A stretch of 64,000 nt of DNA, taken from assembly GCF_009914755.1 (NCBI RefSeq), contig NC_060927.1; one strand, 5' to 3'. Origin of the DNA: the human T2T-CHM13v2.0 reference genome, Homo sapiens. Positions within the stretch are counted from its first letter, which is position 1. Each line of letters starts with the position of its first letter. The translations under genes were made by a program, and so were the position numbers. A model generated the notes under the pieces. The model was given only the letters and a program-made list of their open reading frames with translations, was not told the DNA's origin and ran no database searches. Positions 14,895 to 30,572 of this stretch are shown piece after piece.

Positions 14895-15032
14895 CTCCCA
14901 CTGCTGCTCCCCAAATTTGATGAGGTATATGCCCGCTCTTACTGCTTCTCAGCCAACTACATCTACCACTTGTTTGTGAACGGTTACAAATTCACAGAGG
15001 AGACTTGGCCCCAAATACACTTTGAAAAAGAA
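14895..15032 (+). CDS. ENTPD3: ENTPD3 coding exon (LPLLLPKF...YCFSANYIY...HFEKE)
   Basis: tttcag| acceptor, GAA|gtaagt donor; 46 codons; YCF motif. Confidence 0.95.
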
Positions 15033-16204
15033 GTAAGTTAAGCACAAATCATTTTCTCTTCTTCTTCCCAACAGAGAGGTTTGTATGTGTGTGTGGAACA
15101 AATGTAGAAGGTAAAAGGGTATTAATGAGTTAAACTCACTGGGTGGAAGCTGATCAGACTGATCCCTTGTGAGTTTCCCAGAAGAGGTCATGGAGAATTT
15201 AGAAGAGTTGCTCATGGGTATACATTCTCCTGGAAAAGACTGGAAGCCAAGGGCCAATGGACTAGGCGGTCCTGGAGGGCAGAGACCTGTCTTGGTATCT
15301 TCATATTCCCAGCACTCTGCACAAGGAATAGAGCCTAGAAGGTACTTAGTAAATGTTGGTTGAATTCATAAATAAATATGTTAAGGATATGAGACTTTTC
15401 ATCCTGAAAAGAAGCTTTAAATGTAACAGTTTTTTAAAGAGGATAGTAACTAATTCTTCTCCATTTTATTCAGATATCAGAGTAAGATACAGGCCTTAGG
15501 GCCTGATGGATTTGCATTAGCATTAAATAAATATTTTCTCTTTGAATGAACCTGAAGTCATTATATTTACTGACAAAGATTTGGGGGATGGGGAAGATAT
15601 TCTTAGCTCAGGGTTTAATATATTTAAAAATATGTATATTTATAGATATCTATAAATACATACATATATATATATGATGGTCAAGTGACCAGAATGGTCC
15701 AAAGCTGGAATCACAGCTGTCACCTGGTGACAGGTGAAAGGACCTCCATACCTTGTTTTTAGGCAGGGCTAAGCCTTGTGAATATGTTCAGCCAGCACTA
15801 TGTTCCCCAGGTTCCAGAGAATTTTCTCATTTCAGGAATAGCTGATATGAAGCCTGAAGGATGTCTGGAGTCAGCCTGTTCAATACCAGCTTCAGCAATA
15901 ATTAGATTAAACCAATCAATATCCTGCATTAGGCCTCTGACTATCTACTTTTACATAAATAAAATTGAGTCATCTACAAAAAAATAAGGATGTCTGGAGA
16001 CATAAGGACTGTTGGTAGCATGTACTCTCTAAGCTTTGCTTCTAATAAATCTAATTACCAGTAAAGTATATTATAAGAATGGAGAATGACTTTCCATTTG
16101 AATGCCAGTTTGAGTTGACATAATATTCTAAGTTAAAAGTTCCCTTTTTTTAATTATAAAGAATTTTGTGTCCAGCCAAATTAGTATTTAAATGTGAAGA
16201 TGTA

Positions 16205-16514
<310 letters not shown>

Positions 16515-16683
16515 AAATGTGAAGGTGTAAAAAGACTTGAGAAGATTTGCTGCACAAAAGACTTACAATGAAAATATTTTTGGTGGAAGTAATAAAATAA
16601 GAAGAGAAATAAATCCAGGAGATGTTACAAAAACACTGGAAGTAAGAATAAATGATGTTGTGGCTTAAAATTTACATTAAAAA

Positions 16684-17554
<871 letters not shown>

Positions 17555-18339
17555 TAGAAAGAAGTGTAAATATATTAATAATCACAATAATTATAAATGG
17601 ACTAAACCTACCAGTTAAAAGAGAGATGTCAAATTGAATTTTTAGAAATCAAGCAGGTGCCATTTATAAGAGAAACATGGTTCAAGCATAAAGACATGGA
17701 AAGATAGAAAGATAATTTTGTTAAATTATCAAACACTACCCAAAAGAAAGCTGGTATAACTATTTAGTATCTGGCAAAGCAGTCTTTAAGACCAAGAGCC
17801 TCATTCTAGACACAGAGGGTTACAACATAATGATAAAATGTTCAATTCACTATGAAGATTGCAAAGGTGAAACATTTATACACCTAATAAAACACCCTAA
17901 AAACATGTAAAGCAAAAATAGATAGAACTACCAGAATAAATTGACAGTCAGCTTCCCATTTGGGCTGATTTTCTATTCTTAGAAACTGGTCCTGGGATCA
18001 GTAAACCACTCATTAGCCTCTTTCTCTAGCCACAAACACTCCTGTGCTCCTGGACAACAGGAACACTTTCACTGTTATTAACTGTGCCGTCTTCACTCTT
18101 GGCTGTGACAAGATTGTGAGAATTTGTTCTTTTGACTATTTCTTCTGCAGCGCTGGAGGTGAGATTTCCCCAAGCCTTTGTGGCTACAGTGTGGTGTCTT
18201 AACTTGGGCAAGTCCTTTGACCTCTTTGGGCCACAATTTCCCATGGGAGCTTTGTGAGGTTGATAGCAGTATGACTCCGGTATGTGATTGCAGCCTTGAG
18301 CCTTGCCCTGAGCGCTGAGCCATCTCCTCTACTCCACAG

Positions 18340-18576
18340 GTGGGGAATAGCAGCATAGCCTGGTCTCTTGGCTACATGCTCAGCCTGACCAACCAGATCC
18401 CAGCTGAAAGCCCTCTGATCCGTCTGCCCATAGAACCACCTGTCTTTGTGGGCACCCTCGCTTTCTTCACAGTGGCAGCCTTGCTGTGTCTGGCATTTCT
18501 TGCATACCTGTGTTCAGCAACCAGAAGAAAGAGGCACTCCGAGCATGCCTTTGACCATGCAGTGGATTCTGACTGA
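18340..18576 (+). CDS. ENTPD3: ENTPD3 last coding exon (ACR5 WSLGYML, TM2, cytoplasmic tail)
   Basis: ccacag| acceptor; hydrophobic helix followed by RRKR; TGA at 18574-18576. Confidence 0.97.
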   Translation: MGNSSIAWSLGYMLSLTNQIPAESPLIRLPIEPPVFVGTLAFFTVAALLCLAFLAYLCSATRRKRHSEHAFDHAVDSD

Positions 18577-19661
18577 GCCTTCAAAGCAGCTCCTGGAGTC
18601 CAATGGCTGCTTAGAGTCAGCCTGGGTGGCACCAGGCAATGCAGGTGAAGTGGCTGCCTTCAGGAAATACAACTAACTAAAATCAAACACCTAGGTCACG
18701 TGCCTCTCAAATACTGATTTCTGCCACAGCACCTCTTGAGGCATCCCTTGGCTATTCTGTGCATATTGTTCTTCAGAGACCTCACTACCCACATGCTGAT
18801 CTATTGGGGAACAGAGAAGAGACAGGCCACTAAGGTCAGGCTCTTTATATTAAGTTCCCCAGAGGAAGAGTAAGTTGAGAAGGTATCAGTTTAATGTTGA
18901 AGAATTGACCTCAGGGCTCAGTTTCCATTTCCCTCCCTCAGTATTCTTCCTGGCAAGATACCCATTAAGCATTTCGCCAATCAGAATCTCATTTTATAGT
19001 TTTTCCCATTGGTCTTTAACTAAGACTTTCTTGTAGCAATCTCGTAAGCAGTGAACCCCCTCAGATCAGTAGAATATAGTATCTGGGGGAGAAGACTTAC
19101 TTCCTTCAGGGCAGCAGCCACAGCCAGGCTTCTGTCATACAGGTAGATCCCGAAGCACAGAGACATAAAAAAGGTCTCCCAGAAAACTATAGACCATTCT
19201 CCAAGTGGAATTCCCACTTAGGGCTCTGGTCACTAGATTGCAACCTGTGTGTTTGTCATCATCCTCATCTCACCATTGTATTGCTATGCCCTCCCATAAA
19301 AACACATTGATCCCTAGCAAGATTATTGCATTCCAGATTTTACTGCCTTTGCTAGGCTTTTGCTTAGCAAAGGGCTGACTTTCCATTGTTATCATGGTGT
19401 ATATATTTTTGTCACCATTCCCACAAGTATACTTGATGTTGTCATAGAACGAACATCCTACTCTATGATTTACTAACCAATTACTTTCCCAGATCATAGA
19501 CCTCTCTGCATAGTAGTCATAGGTCTTGACTTTGGGGAAAGAAAAGGAAGCTGCAGGAATATTTATCTCCAAAGTCGAATGAGAAAGAACTCCAGCAAAT
19601 CCAATGGCTACAAACTAAAAATCAGCATTATTTCATATTGCTGTTTCTTAGCTGAATATGG

Positions 19662-19667
19662 AATAAA
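19662..19667 (+). terminator. ENTPD3 polyadenylation signal AATAAA
   Basis: ~1.1 kb after the stop codon, followed ~30 nt later by a GT-rich element (ggtgtgtgtgtgtt). Confidence 0.85.
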
Positions 19668-20536
19668 GAACTATTATTTTATTTTGACTTGCAAGGGGTG
19701 TGTGTGTGTTAACTTCCATATGGTACTCTTTCTCCTAAGGACCCTAGGTGATATTTATGAGAGAAATTTTTTTCCCTAGCAAATTAAGAAACCCATTCAT
19801 TAATATCACCTTTATTCCAGAGAGTTCAAAGTGCTTTTACTTTGATAAACCTTTGACTGCTTGAGATTATTGAGTCAAGCATTTCTGTACCTTATTTGAA
19901 ATTCTAAGCCTCTGTGAGTCCACAACCTGACACTCAAATCTTGGTTCTCATCCAGAACGGCTACTCCTATCCCAAACTGTACCTTTGCTCCCGCCATCCT
20001 CTCTACTATATTATAGATCCTCCTCCCACCCATCCAAATCATGTATGTTTCTCAAGGTCCAGTTCCTTCATATAAGTCTTCCACAAAGCTTTCCTTGCAC
20101 ACACATACTATGCTCTATCTCCTGGACCACTTTTTCAAAACCAGCCACGTAAGTCCTCATATTGTTATTTATCTTGGCATATGTGTACAGCTTATTTCTA
20201 AAAGACAGAGTAGGCTACTTAAGGGCAAAGCCTATTGTACATCACTCCTCATTTATTCAACAGACATCTAAAAACACCTATTATGGCTGATACCTTTTAC
20301 GTGTGATTTTGGATTTGGACATATGCTATGAACATAGTATTTATTCATATTTGTTGATTGAGGTTGTTTCCATGAGTGACTAAGAAATGGGCAATAAACT
20401 ATAGAGATAGCAGGGAAAAAACAGCATCCAAATCACCAAGAGTTTGCAAGAAAAAAAATTTGTATGTGCAAGAAAGAGAGCCAAAGCTCCATGAAGGCAA
20501 ATCCTAGTCAACATTTCTAACTCATTTGGGAAGTTA

Positions 20537-20923
<387 letters not shown>

Positions 20924-20985
20924 GAATTTTTATAGATAGACCATTGTGAAATCTGCAGTTCAAGTGGCATATCTAGCACTGTTAC

Positions 20986-21567
20986 TGTGGTGAACAGAAT
21001 ACTCCTTCCCCCTCTGGTGTTACTCCAATTATGTGGTTACATTGTCACATGGCAAAAGGATTTTGCAGATGTAATTACAAATCAGTTGACCTTAAAATGG
21101 AGAGCTTATCCAGGTAGGTCTAACCTCACCACATGAGCTCTTTAAAGGCAGAGCATTTTCTCCAGAAGACAAAGTCAGAGATTCAAAGCATGAGAAGAAT
21201 TCCACATGCAGTTGCCGGCTTGGGGATGGAGGGCGCCGTGTGCAAAGGCCCTAAGTGCAGCCTCTAGAAACTAACAGCAATCCCTGGCTGCATCAGCAAA
21301 AAACCAGGAACCTCAGCCCTACAGCTGCAAGGAGCTGGATTCTGCCAACAACCTGAATGAACTTGGAAGCATATTTTCCCCCAGAGCTTTCAGATAAGAG
21401 TCCAGGTCAGATCATATCTTGATTTCAGCCTACTGAGACCCTAAGTGGAGAACCCAGTTGAGCCCACTCTGACTTCTGACCTACAAAACTATAAAGTAAC
21501 AAAAAGATGACGTTTAAAGCCACTAAATTTGTGGCAATTTGTTACACAGTCACAGTAAACTAATACA
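20986..21567 (+). mobile_element. MLT1 (D/E-like) MaLR LTR
   Basis: tgtggtg...gcagatgtaatta...tttaaagccactaaatttgtggcaatttgttac...aactaataca. Confidence 0.8.
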
Positions 21568-21879
21568 ACTATAGAACCCCAAACCCCAAAGCTCCAACCA
21601 AAGCAAGTCTTTTGATTTGAAATATGTGAAGATAAAAGTGATGAGTAGCACAAATAGTGTCTATTCCTAATCACAGCTATGTAAAAAAAGCATGGGTTCA
21701 GAGGTAAAAGTACCTGACAGCATTACTCAGTCACTGAGTGATTTGGGGAATAGGGATCGGGGCTTGAGCTTTGGGCCTGGTTGAGTCTAAAACCCATTGC
21801 ATAACTTTGCCTTTCACACAGAAAGGCAGTATCATATAGTAGTTAGGAATTTGGCTTTATATTTCCGTAGTCTAACATA

Positions 21880-23100
21880 CCCATTCACATACAGACACCT
21901 GATTTATAACAGAGGTGTCACATCAGAGCAGTGGGAAAATGCAGGACAATTGGATATCTTAATGGAGAAAAAATGAATTTGACCCTTTCCTCACTCCACT
22001 TGCAAGAATTGTTTCCAGGTAGCTTAAAGACCTAAGTGTGAAAAACCTATAAAGGTTTAGAAGAAAATGTAGGAGAACATTTTTAGGATACTGGGTAAGG
22101 GAAGGGTTTCTTAAACACTACACAAAAAGCATTAACCATAACAAAGTATTTAATACATTAAAATGTAAAACTTCTGTTCCTCAAAAAACATCATTAAAAG
22201 AGTGAAAAGACAAGCCACAGAGTGGAAGAAGGTATTTACAACATATATAACTGATAAAGGACTACTTTCCAAATTATATGAACAACACTTACAAATCAGT
22301 AAGAAAAAGGAAGATGATTCAATTTTTCTAAACAGGCAATAGTCTTGAGAAGACACTTTTCAAAAGGAGACAACTAAGTGTCTAATAAACATAGGAAAAG
22401 ATGCTCAATCTCATTATTGGGATAATGCAAATTAAAACTACAGAGAAATAGTACAATATGCTCATTCGTTTGGCAAAACTTAGAAGTCTGACAATACCAA
22501 AATTAGTGAGGATGTGGAACTGGAACTCTCCTATACTGCTGTAGGAATGTAAATTAATGCAACCACTCTGGAAAATGGAGGTATTGTCTAATAAAGTTGA
22601 AGAAATTCCAGTCCAAAGTATATACCTTAGCGATATATAGTCTTAGATATACCAGGATACATGCCTAAGAATGTTTTAAGCAGCAACCAAGATGCCTATC
22701 CTACGGAATAAATGAATAAATAAATAGCGATACAGCCATACTAGAAAATACTGTACATCAATGAAAACAAAAGAACTACATAATCAAAAGGTTTTTTGTT
22801 TGTTTTTGTTTTGTTTTATTTTTGTTTTGAGATGGAGTCTCGCTCTGTCACCCATGCTGGAGTGCAGTGGCTCAATCCTGGCTCGCTGCAACCTCCACGT
22901 CCTGGGTTCAAGCGATTCTCCTGCCTCAGCCTCCTGGGATTACAGGCATCTGCCACCACGCCCAGCTAATTTTTGTATTTTTAGTAGAGACAGGGTTTCA
23001 CCATGTTGGCCAGGCTGGTCTCAAACTCCTGACCTCGTGATCCCCCTGCCTCGGCCTCCCAAAGTGCTGGGATTACAGGCGTGAGCCATTGCATCTGGCC
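21880..23100. mobile_element. Old L1M 3' fragment (+) followed by AluS (-, 22790-23100)
   Basis: Degenerate L1 ORF2/3' motifs (aagatgctcaatctcatta...gcaaattaaaac); Alu body. Confidence 0.65.
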
Positions 23101-23223
23101 TAATACAAAATTTAAAAACAGGCAAAACTAAACACAGAAGGTTAAACGCTAAAGAAAAGCAAGGAAATTATTACTTTGAAATTTGGGAGGAGATGGAGGC
23201 TGTATCTGGAAAAGGATAAATGG

Positions 23224-23630
23224 GTGTCTTAGGCTGCTTGAACTGCCATAATAAAATACTATAAATTGAGTGGCTTAAACAACAGAAATTAATCTTCTCA
23301 CAGTTTTGGAGCCTGGGAATTCCAACATCAAGGCATCAGCTGACTAATTCCTGGTGAGGGCTCAATTCCTGGCTTGCAGATGGTGGCCTTTATGCTGTGT
23401 CCACACGGCCTTTCCTCTGAGCTCTCAGGGAGAGAGAGTGAGAGAGAGAGAGAGGGCACTCTGGGATCTCTTCTGACAAGGGCATTAATCCCACCATGAG
23501 GGCCACTCCTTCATAACCTTGTCTAACCCTAGTTATCTACCCTCCCAAAGGCTCCATCTCCAAATCCTACACTGGGGGTTAGGGCTTCAACATATAAATT
23601 TGGGGGATCACAAATATTCAGTTCATAACA
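23224..23630 (-). mobile_element. MLT1A-like LTR
   Basis: gtggcttaaacaacagaaatt...ttctcacagttttgga...ttcagttcataaca. Confidence 0.8.
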
Positions 23631-24279
23631 ACAGGGCTTCTGGGGTGACAGTGTTATTCTACAACTAGGTAGTGGTTACAGATGTTCCCTTTTTCAACCA
23701 TTTATACATCATCTGTATGTCCTATACTACAATATAAAGTGACAGATCTGGGTTAACTCAAGAATTTTCTCCTTATTACCTCTATGGTTTTCATCATATC
23801 TTTCAGTCTCCTTGAGTCTTGACTTCCTCCATATATAAAACAGGCATAATACCTACCTCATGGGATAGTTAAGAGAAAATACAGCACTTAGCCAGTGCCT
23901 GACATGGATGTAGCTAATAAATACAAGTTTTAAAACATATTTATTTCACCCATTTACTTATTCACTCATGATACTTTCACCAAAAGTCTACTGTGCGACA
24001 AGCCCTGAGCTAAATGACTAAGGGTGTAATAGAAATGAGACAACTGTCTTTTCTCTCGAAACATGAGACTTGAATGCCCTCTGTTGGAGCTATGGAAAAA
24101 ATTCTTCCCAGGGTGAGCCTCCCACCCTTTTTTTAAACCTCTCTAAAGGTATTAGAAAAAAAAATCATTAGTTCAAAAATAGTTTTAATAGTATAAAATA
24201 AGGAGATAATTGGAAATCTGAACACTGAACATTATCAAGGAATTCCTGTTAATTTTTGTTTAGGTAAAATAATGGAACC

Positions 24280-24590
24280 GGCCTGGCGCCATGACTCATG
24301 CCTGTAATCCCAGTACTTTGAAAGGCTGAGGCAGATGGATTACTTGAGGTCAGGAGTTCGAGACCAGCCTGGCCAACTTGGTGAAACCCCGTCTCTACCA
24401 AAAAATACAAAAATTAGCCAGGTGTGGTGGTGCACACCTGTAATCCCAGCTTCTCGGGAGGCTGAGCCAAGACAATCACTTGAACCTAGGTGGTGGAAGT
24501 TGTAGTGAGCCGAGATCACGCCACTGCACTCCAGCCTGAGCAGAAGAGCAAGACTCTGTCTCAAAATAAGTAAATAACTAAATGAAATAA
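24280..24590 (+). mobile_element. AluS
   Basis: Dimeric Alu. Confidence 0.88.
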
Positions 24591-24633
24591 TGGTATCTTG
24601 GATTTTTTTTTCAAGAACCCTTGCTGTTTAGAT

Positions 24634-24968
24634 CAATGGTCCTCAACCTTTTTGGCACCAGAAACCGGTTTCAAGGGAGACAATGTTTCCACGGACAGTG
24701 TGGGGCTGGGTGGGGATGCACAGATGGTTTCAGGATGAAACTGTTCCACCTCAGATCATCAGGCATTAGATTCTCATAAGGAGCAAACCTAGATCCCTCA
24801 CACACGCAGTTCACAATAGGGTTCGCATTGTTGCTGATCTGACAGGAGGCGGAGCTCAGGTGGTAATGCTGGTTTGCCCGCTGCTCAACACCTGCTGCGC
24901 AGCCCGGTTCCTAAACAGGCCACGGACCAGTACTGGTCTACTGCCTGGCTGAGGGTTGGGGACCTCTG
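24634..24968 (+). mobile_element. MER1B-like hAT-Charlie DNA transposon (MITE)
   Basis: Imperfect terminal inverted repeats caatggtcctcaacc / ggttggggacctctg; perfect 8-bp TSD GTTTAGAT (24626-24633, 24969-24976). Confidence 0.88.
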
Positions 24969-25015
24969 GTTTAGATACTTGCTGAACTGTTTCCAGATGA
25001 AATGATATGTCTGGC

Positions 25016-25404
25016 GTATCAGTCAAAGTTCAACCAGAGAAATAGAGCCAGTATTAAGAGATCTATTGCAAGGAATTGGCTTGTGAGACTATGGGGCTAG
25101 CTAGGCAAGTCCTAAATCCACAGGGCAGGCCATCAGGAAGAGCAGGCTGGAACCCTCAGGCATGAACTAAAGCTACAGTCCACAGATAGAATTTCTTCCT
25201 TCTCAGAGAAGTCCCAGTTCTGCTCTTATGGATTTTCAACTGATTTAATCAGGCTCACCCAGATTATCTAGGATAAGTCCCCTTAAAAATCTACTAATTA
25301 TGGGCAGTAATCACACCCACAAAATACTTTCACAGCTACACCTAGATTAACAAATAACTGGGTGCTATAGTCTAGCCAAGTTGACACATAAAATTGACCA
25401 CCAC
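25016..25404 (-). mobile_element. MLT2-family ERVL LTR
   Basis: gttcaaccagagaaatagagcc...ctagccaagttgacacataaaattgaccaccaca. Confidence 0.75.
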
Positions 25405-25521
25405 ATCTGTGAATTGATTCAAAATTACAGGGAAGGGAGAATGTAGGGGTAGAACTGGCCCATACTTTGATGGTCCTTGAGGTTGGGGTGATGAGACATA
25501 GGAGTTTATTATAGTATTCTA

Positions 25522-25910
<389 letters not shown>

Positions 25911-26219
25911 TCACTGCTGTATATTTGATATTTTTCTTTCTGAATCTTTTTCTCTACATATTTGTACATAGTTAAGATCATGCTGGAATTACAATTTTAT
26001 ATTTCCTTCGTTCACAGCATTATACCATTAGCATTTTCAGATCTCATTAAAAATTATTCCCAAATATCAAACAAAATGATTAAGAACTCAGGCTTTCACA
26101 TCACAAAAACCTGGTTCACACATCCTAGTTCTGCTGTTCATTGTTGTGTGATCTTTGTCTAAAAATCTTAAGTTTTCTATGCCTCAGTTTCCTTTAATAC
26201 AGCCATTCAATTCAACTGC

Positions 26220-27050
26220 TTGTTCATTTGTTCATTCAACTAATATTGATTGAATTCATCCTCTGAGTAAGATCCTGTGTAGGTGGCATAACTCCACCAA
26301 TTAACAATGTAGACAAAGTCCTTGCCTTCAGGGAGCCAACGTTCTAGTGGGGGAGACAGACACTAACCAACTAAATACACACTGTACAGGGGATTATAAG
26401 TGATCTGGAGAAATATAAAGAAAAGTAAGGGGAAAGGAAAGTGCCAGGAGCATGAGATGGGGACGCCATTAGGTCAGAAAAGTCTTTTCAGATAAGGTGA
26501 CGTCTGAACGAACACTTGGAAAATGTGAAGGAGTCGGCCATTTGAATATCTGGAGGAAGAGCATTCTAAGCAAAAGAGACCACAAATACAAAGGCCATTG
26601 TGATTGGAGCAGAATAAATGACTGGAAGATGGAGGAGATAGGGTAAGGGAGTTAAGACGGAGTAGATAGTGCAAGGGGGCCCCATTTAGAGTTCTGAACA
26701 AAGGAGGGGTATCTGGCTTCTGTTTCTAGTTACAGTGATAAAAAACAAAGGAGACAAGAGCAGAAACAGGAAAACCAGTTGGTGGGTGATTTTAATAATC
26801 CAGATGAGAAATGCTGATGGCTTGGATCAGGTTGGTAGCAGTAGAGGCTGTGAGCAATGGTCAGACCCCGGATATATGTGAAAGTAGAGCCCACAGTGTT
26901 TGCTGATGAATGTACATGGAGTGAGAGAGAAAAAGAGGGGTTAAAAGTTATTCCAATATTTTTGCCTGAGTGACTGAAAGGATAGAGTTGCTATTAAATG
27001 ACATGTGAATATAGCAGGGAGAGAGGGTTTAGTAAGAGGAAGGTTAAGAT
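26220..27050 (-). mobile_element. L2 fragment
   Basis: ttcattcaac..attgattga terminus and L2 3' motifs (ttctagtgggggagacagac, ccagatgagaaatgctgatggcttgga). Confidence 0.65.
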
Positions 27051-27344
27051 CCAGACTATTTTCTTAAAAAAACAAAAACTGTTTATACCAGCACATATCC
27101 ATAAGCATGGAGAGAAAAGAAGAAAAGAAAACAACAAAAACATTTTGGCATGGTGGACCAGGGGTAACTGACTTAGCAGACCCAAGAAAGCACAATCCTA
27201 AAACAATGAGAAAATAAAAAATCAACCAATGTAAACAGCAGTGTTCTCAAAAAGCTCAGGAATCTGTGGCATCAAGTACAGCTGCAAGTTGGGTTGGCAA
27301 GCACAAAATAAAGATAATTAAAGCTGTTTAAGAATAGTGATTCT

Positions 27345-28456
<1,112 letters not shown>

Positions 28457-29662
28457 TCAGGAAGATATGCACTTAGATATCAGTTTGTGTTTTATCAGCC
28501 ATTTTTACCCAGAAGTCTGTCTCTCTTGTTATTGTTACCTCCCTCTATCTTCTGTCATCTGCTTTCTTCTTTTCTAAATAAAAGTAGAGTTCCAAGAAGC
28601 CCATGTTTTTATTTTATTTTATTTTATTTATTTATTTATTCATTTATTTTAGAGATGGGGTCTATGTTGCTGAGGCTGGACTTGAACCCCTGGGCTCATG
28701 CAATCCTTCCTTCTCAGCCTCCCAAGTAGCTGGGACTACATGTGCACACCACTATGTCTGGCAGGTTCCTGCTTGTGTCCCTTTGCTCTTATCTGCTTAA
28801 AAGTCACCTCTGAATCATCACTAGAACTTGACTTCTCACAGATGAAAAGGCGGTGTGATGAATACAAGTAAAGATTGGGATGATGCACTTGAAAGATGGA
28901 GGAAGGGGCAAGTCAAGGAACATAGGTGGCCATGAGAAGCTGAAAAAGCAAGGAAACAAATTATCCCCTCAGAGTCTCCAAAAGGAACCTCTAAAAGCCA
29001 AAACGTTGACTTTAGCCCAGTAAAACTGAATTCAGACTTCTGACCTTTAGAACTGTAAGAGAATAAAACTTGTTTTAAGCCATTAAAACAAAACAAAACA
29101 AAATTTGACCTCTCACAACAGAGAGGAAGTCTTACTGCCTTTCTGTAGATTTCAGAACCATGGTCAGGGATCCAAATACACTCTATGAGGGTGACATGGG
29201 CTCCATCACACACTCCAGAAAGGAGTGTAAATTAATCTAACGTTCCGAAAAAGTAGCTATAATATGCTGCAAGATTTTAAAAGTGCACATTCCTCAATCC
29301 AACAACCGTATTTCTAAAAATTAATTCTAAGGAAACCTTTTTTAAAAATACGGACATTGTTATTACAGATACATATTGAAATATTTATGGATACACTGAT
29401 ATAATGTCTGGGATCTGCTTCACATTAATCCTGTTTGGTGAGCATATTCACATTTTCTCATAGGGGAGCCACTAGGCACATATGGCTATTGAGCTAGTCC
29501 AGTTGAGATATGCAATGAATGTAAAGTACACATTAGATTTTGAAGACTTAGTACCAAAAAAATTAAAATATGTCATTAATAACTTGGAAACTGGTTATAT
29601 ATTAAAACAATATTTTGGATACATTGAGTAAAATAAAATGTATTATTAAAATTAATTTCACA

Positions 29663-30378
29663 GGCCAGGCACAATGGCTCACACTTATAATCTCAGCACT
29701 TTGGGAGGCTGAGGTGAGATGGGAGGATCACTTAAGGCCAGGAGTTCCAGACCAGCTTGGGCAACACAGGGAGACTCTGTCTGTACAAAAACTTTAAAAA
29801 TTAGCAGGCCTGTTGGCACATGCCTATAGTCCTAGCTACTCATGAGGCTGAGGCTGGAAGATCAGTTGAGTCCAGGAATTTGATGCTTCAACAAACTATG
29901 ATTGCACCACTACACTCCAGCCTGGGCAATAGAGTAAGACCCTGTCTTAAATAAATAAATAAATAAATTTCACTTCTTTCTTTCATATTTTTCAAATGTA
30001 GCTACTAGAACATTTTAGGTTACATTAAGTTAGGTTTTAAATTACAAACATGGTTTTCCTTTGTAGTTTACATTATATTTTTATTAGACAGCACTGGTAT
30101 AGAATCCATATACTATAGATAAAACAAGATGGCCCATTAAACATGAACATCTTTGGATACTTGACCAAAAATGGCTATTGTTGAAACTAAATAATGGGTA
30201 TGCAGGAGTTTATTATACCATTTTCTTTACTTTTGTACATGATTGAAAATTCCATAATGAGTCTGGGCACGGTAACTCACACCTGTAATACCAGTACTTT
30301 GGAAGGCCAAGACAGGAGAATTGCTTGAGCTCAGGAGTTTGAGACCAGCCTAGGCAACATAAAGAAACCCTACCTCTA

Positions 30379-30417
<39 letters not shown>

Positions 30418-30572
30418 TAGTTGGGTGTGGGTCACGTGCCTGTAGTCCCAGCTTAACCAGAAGGCTGAGGAAGGAGAACAGATTGAGCCTGGGAAGTCAA
30501 GGCTGCAGTAAGCTATGATCGTGCCACTGTGCTCCAGCCTGGGTAACAGATCAAAATCCTGTCTCAAAAAAA
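29663..30572 (+). mobile_element. Two AluJ-like elements (29663-29967, inside a MER3/MER33-like remnant; 30259-30572)
   Basis: AluJ diagnostics (gggcaaca, ctatgat); hAT-like flanks with gtggctattgagc-type motif. Confidence 0.75.
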
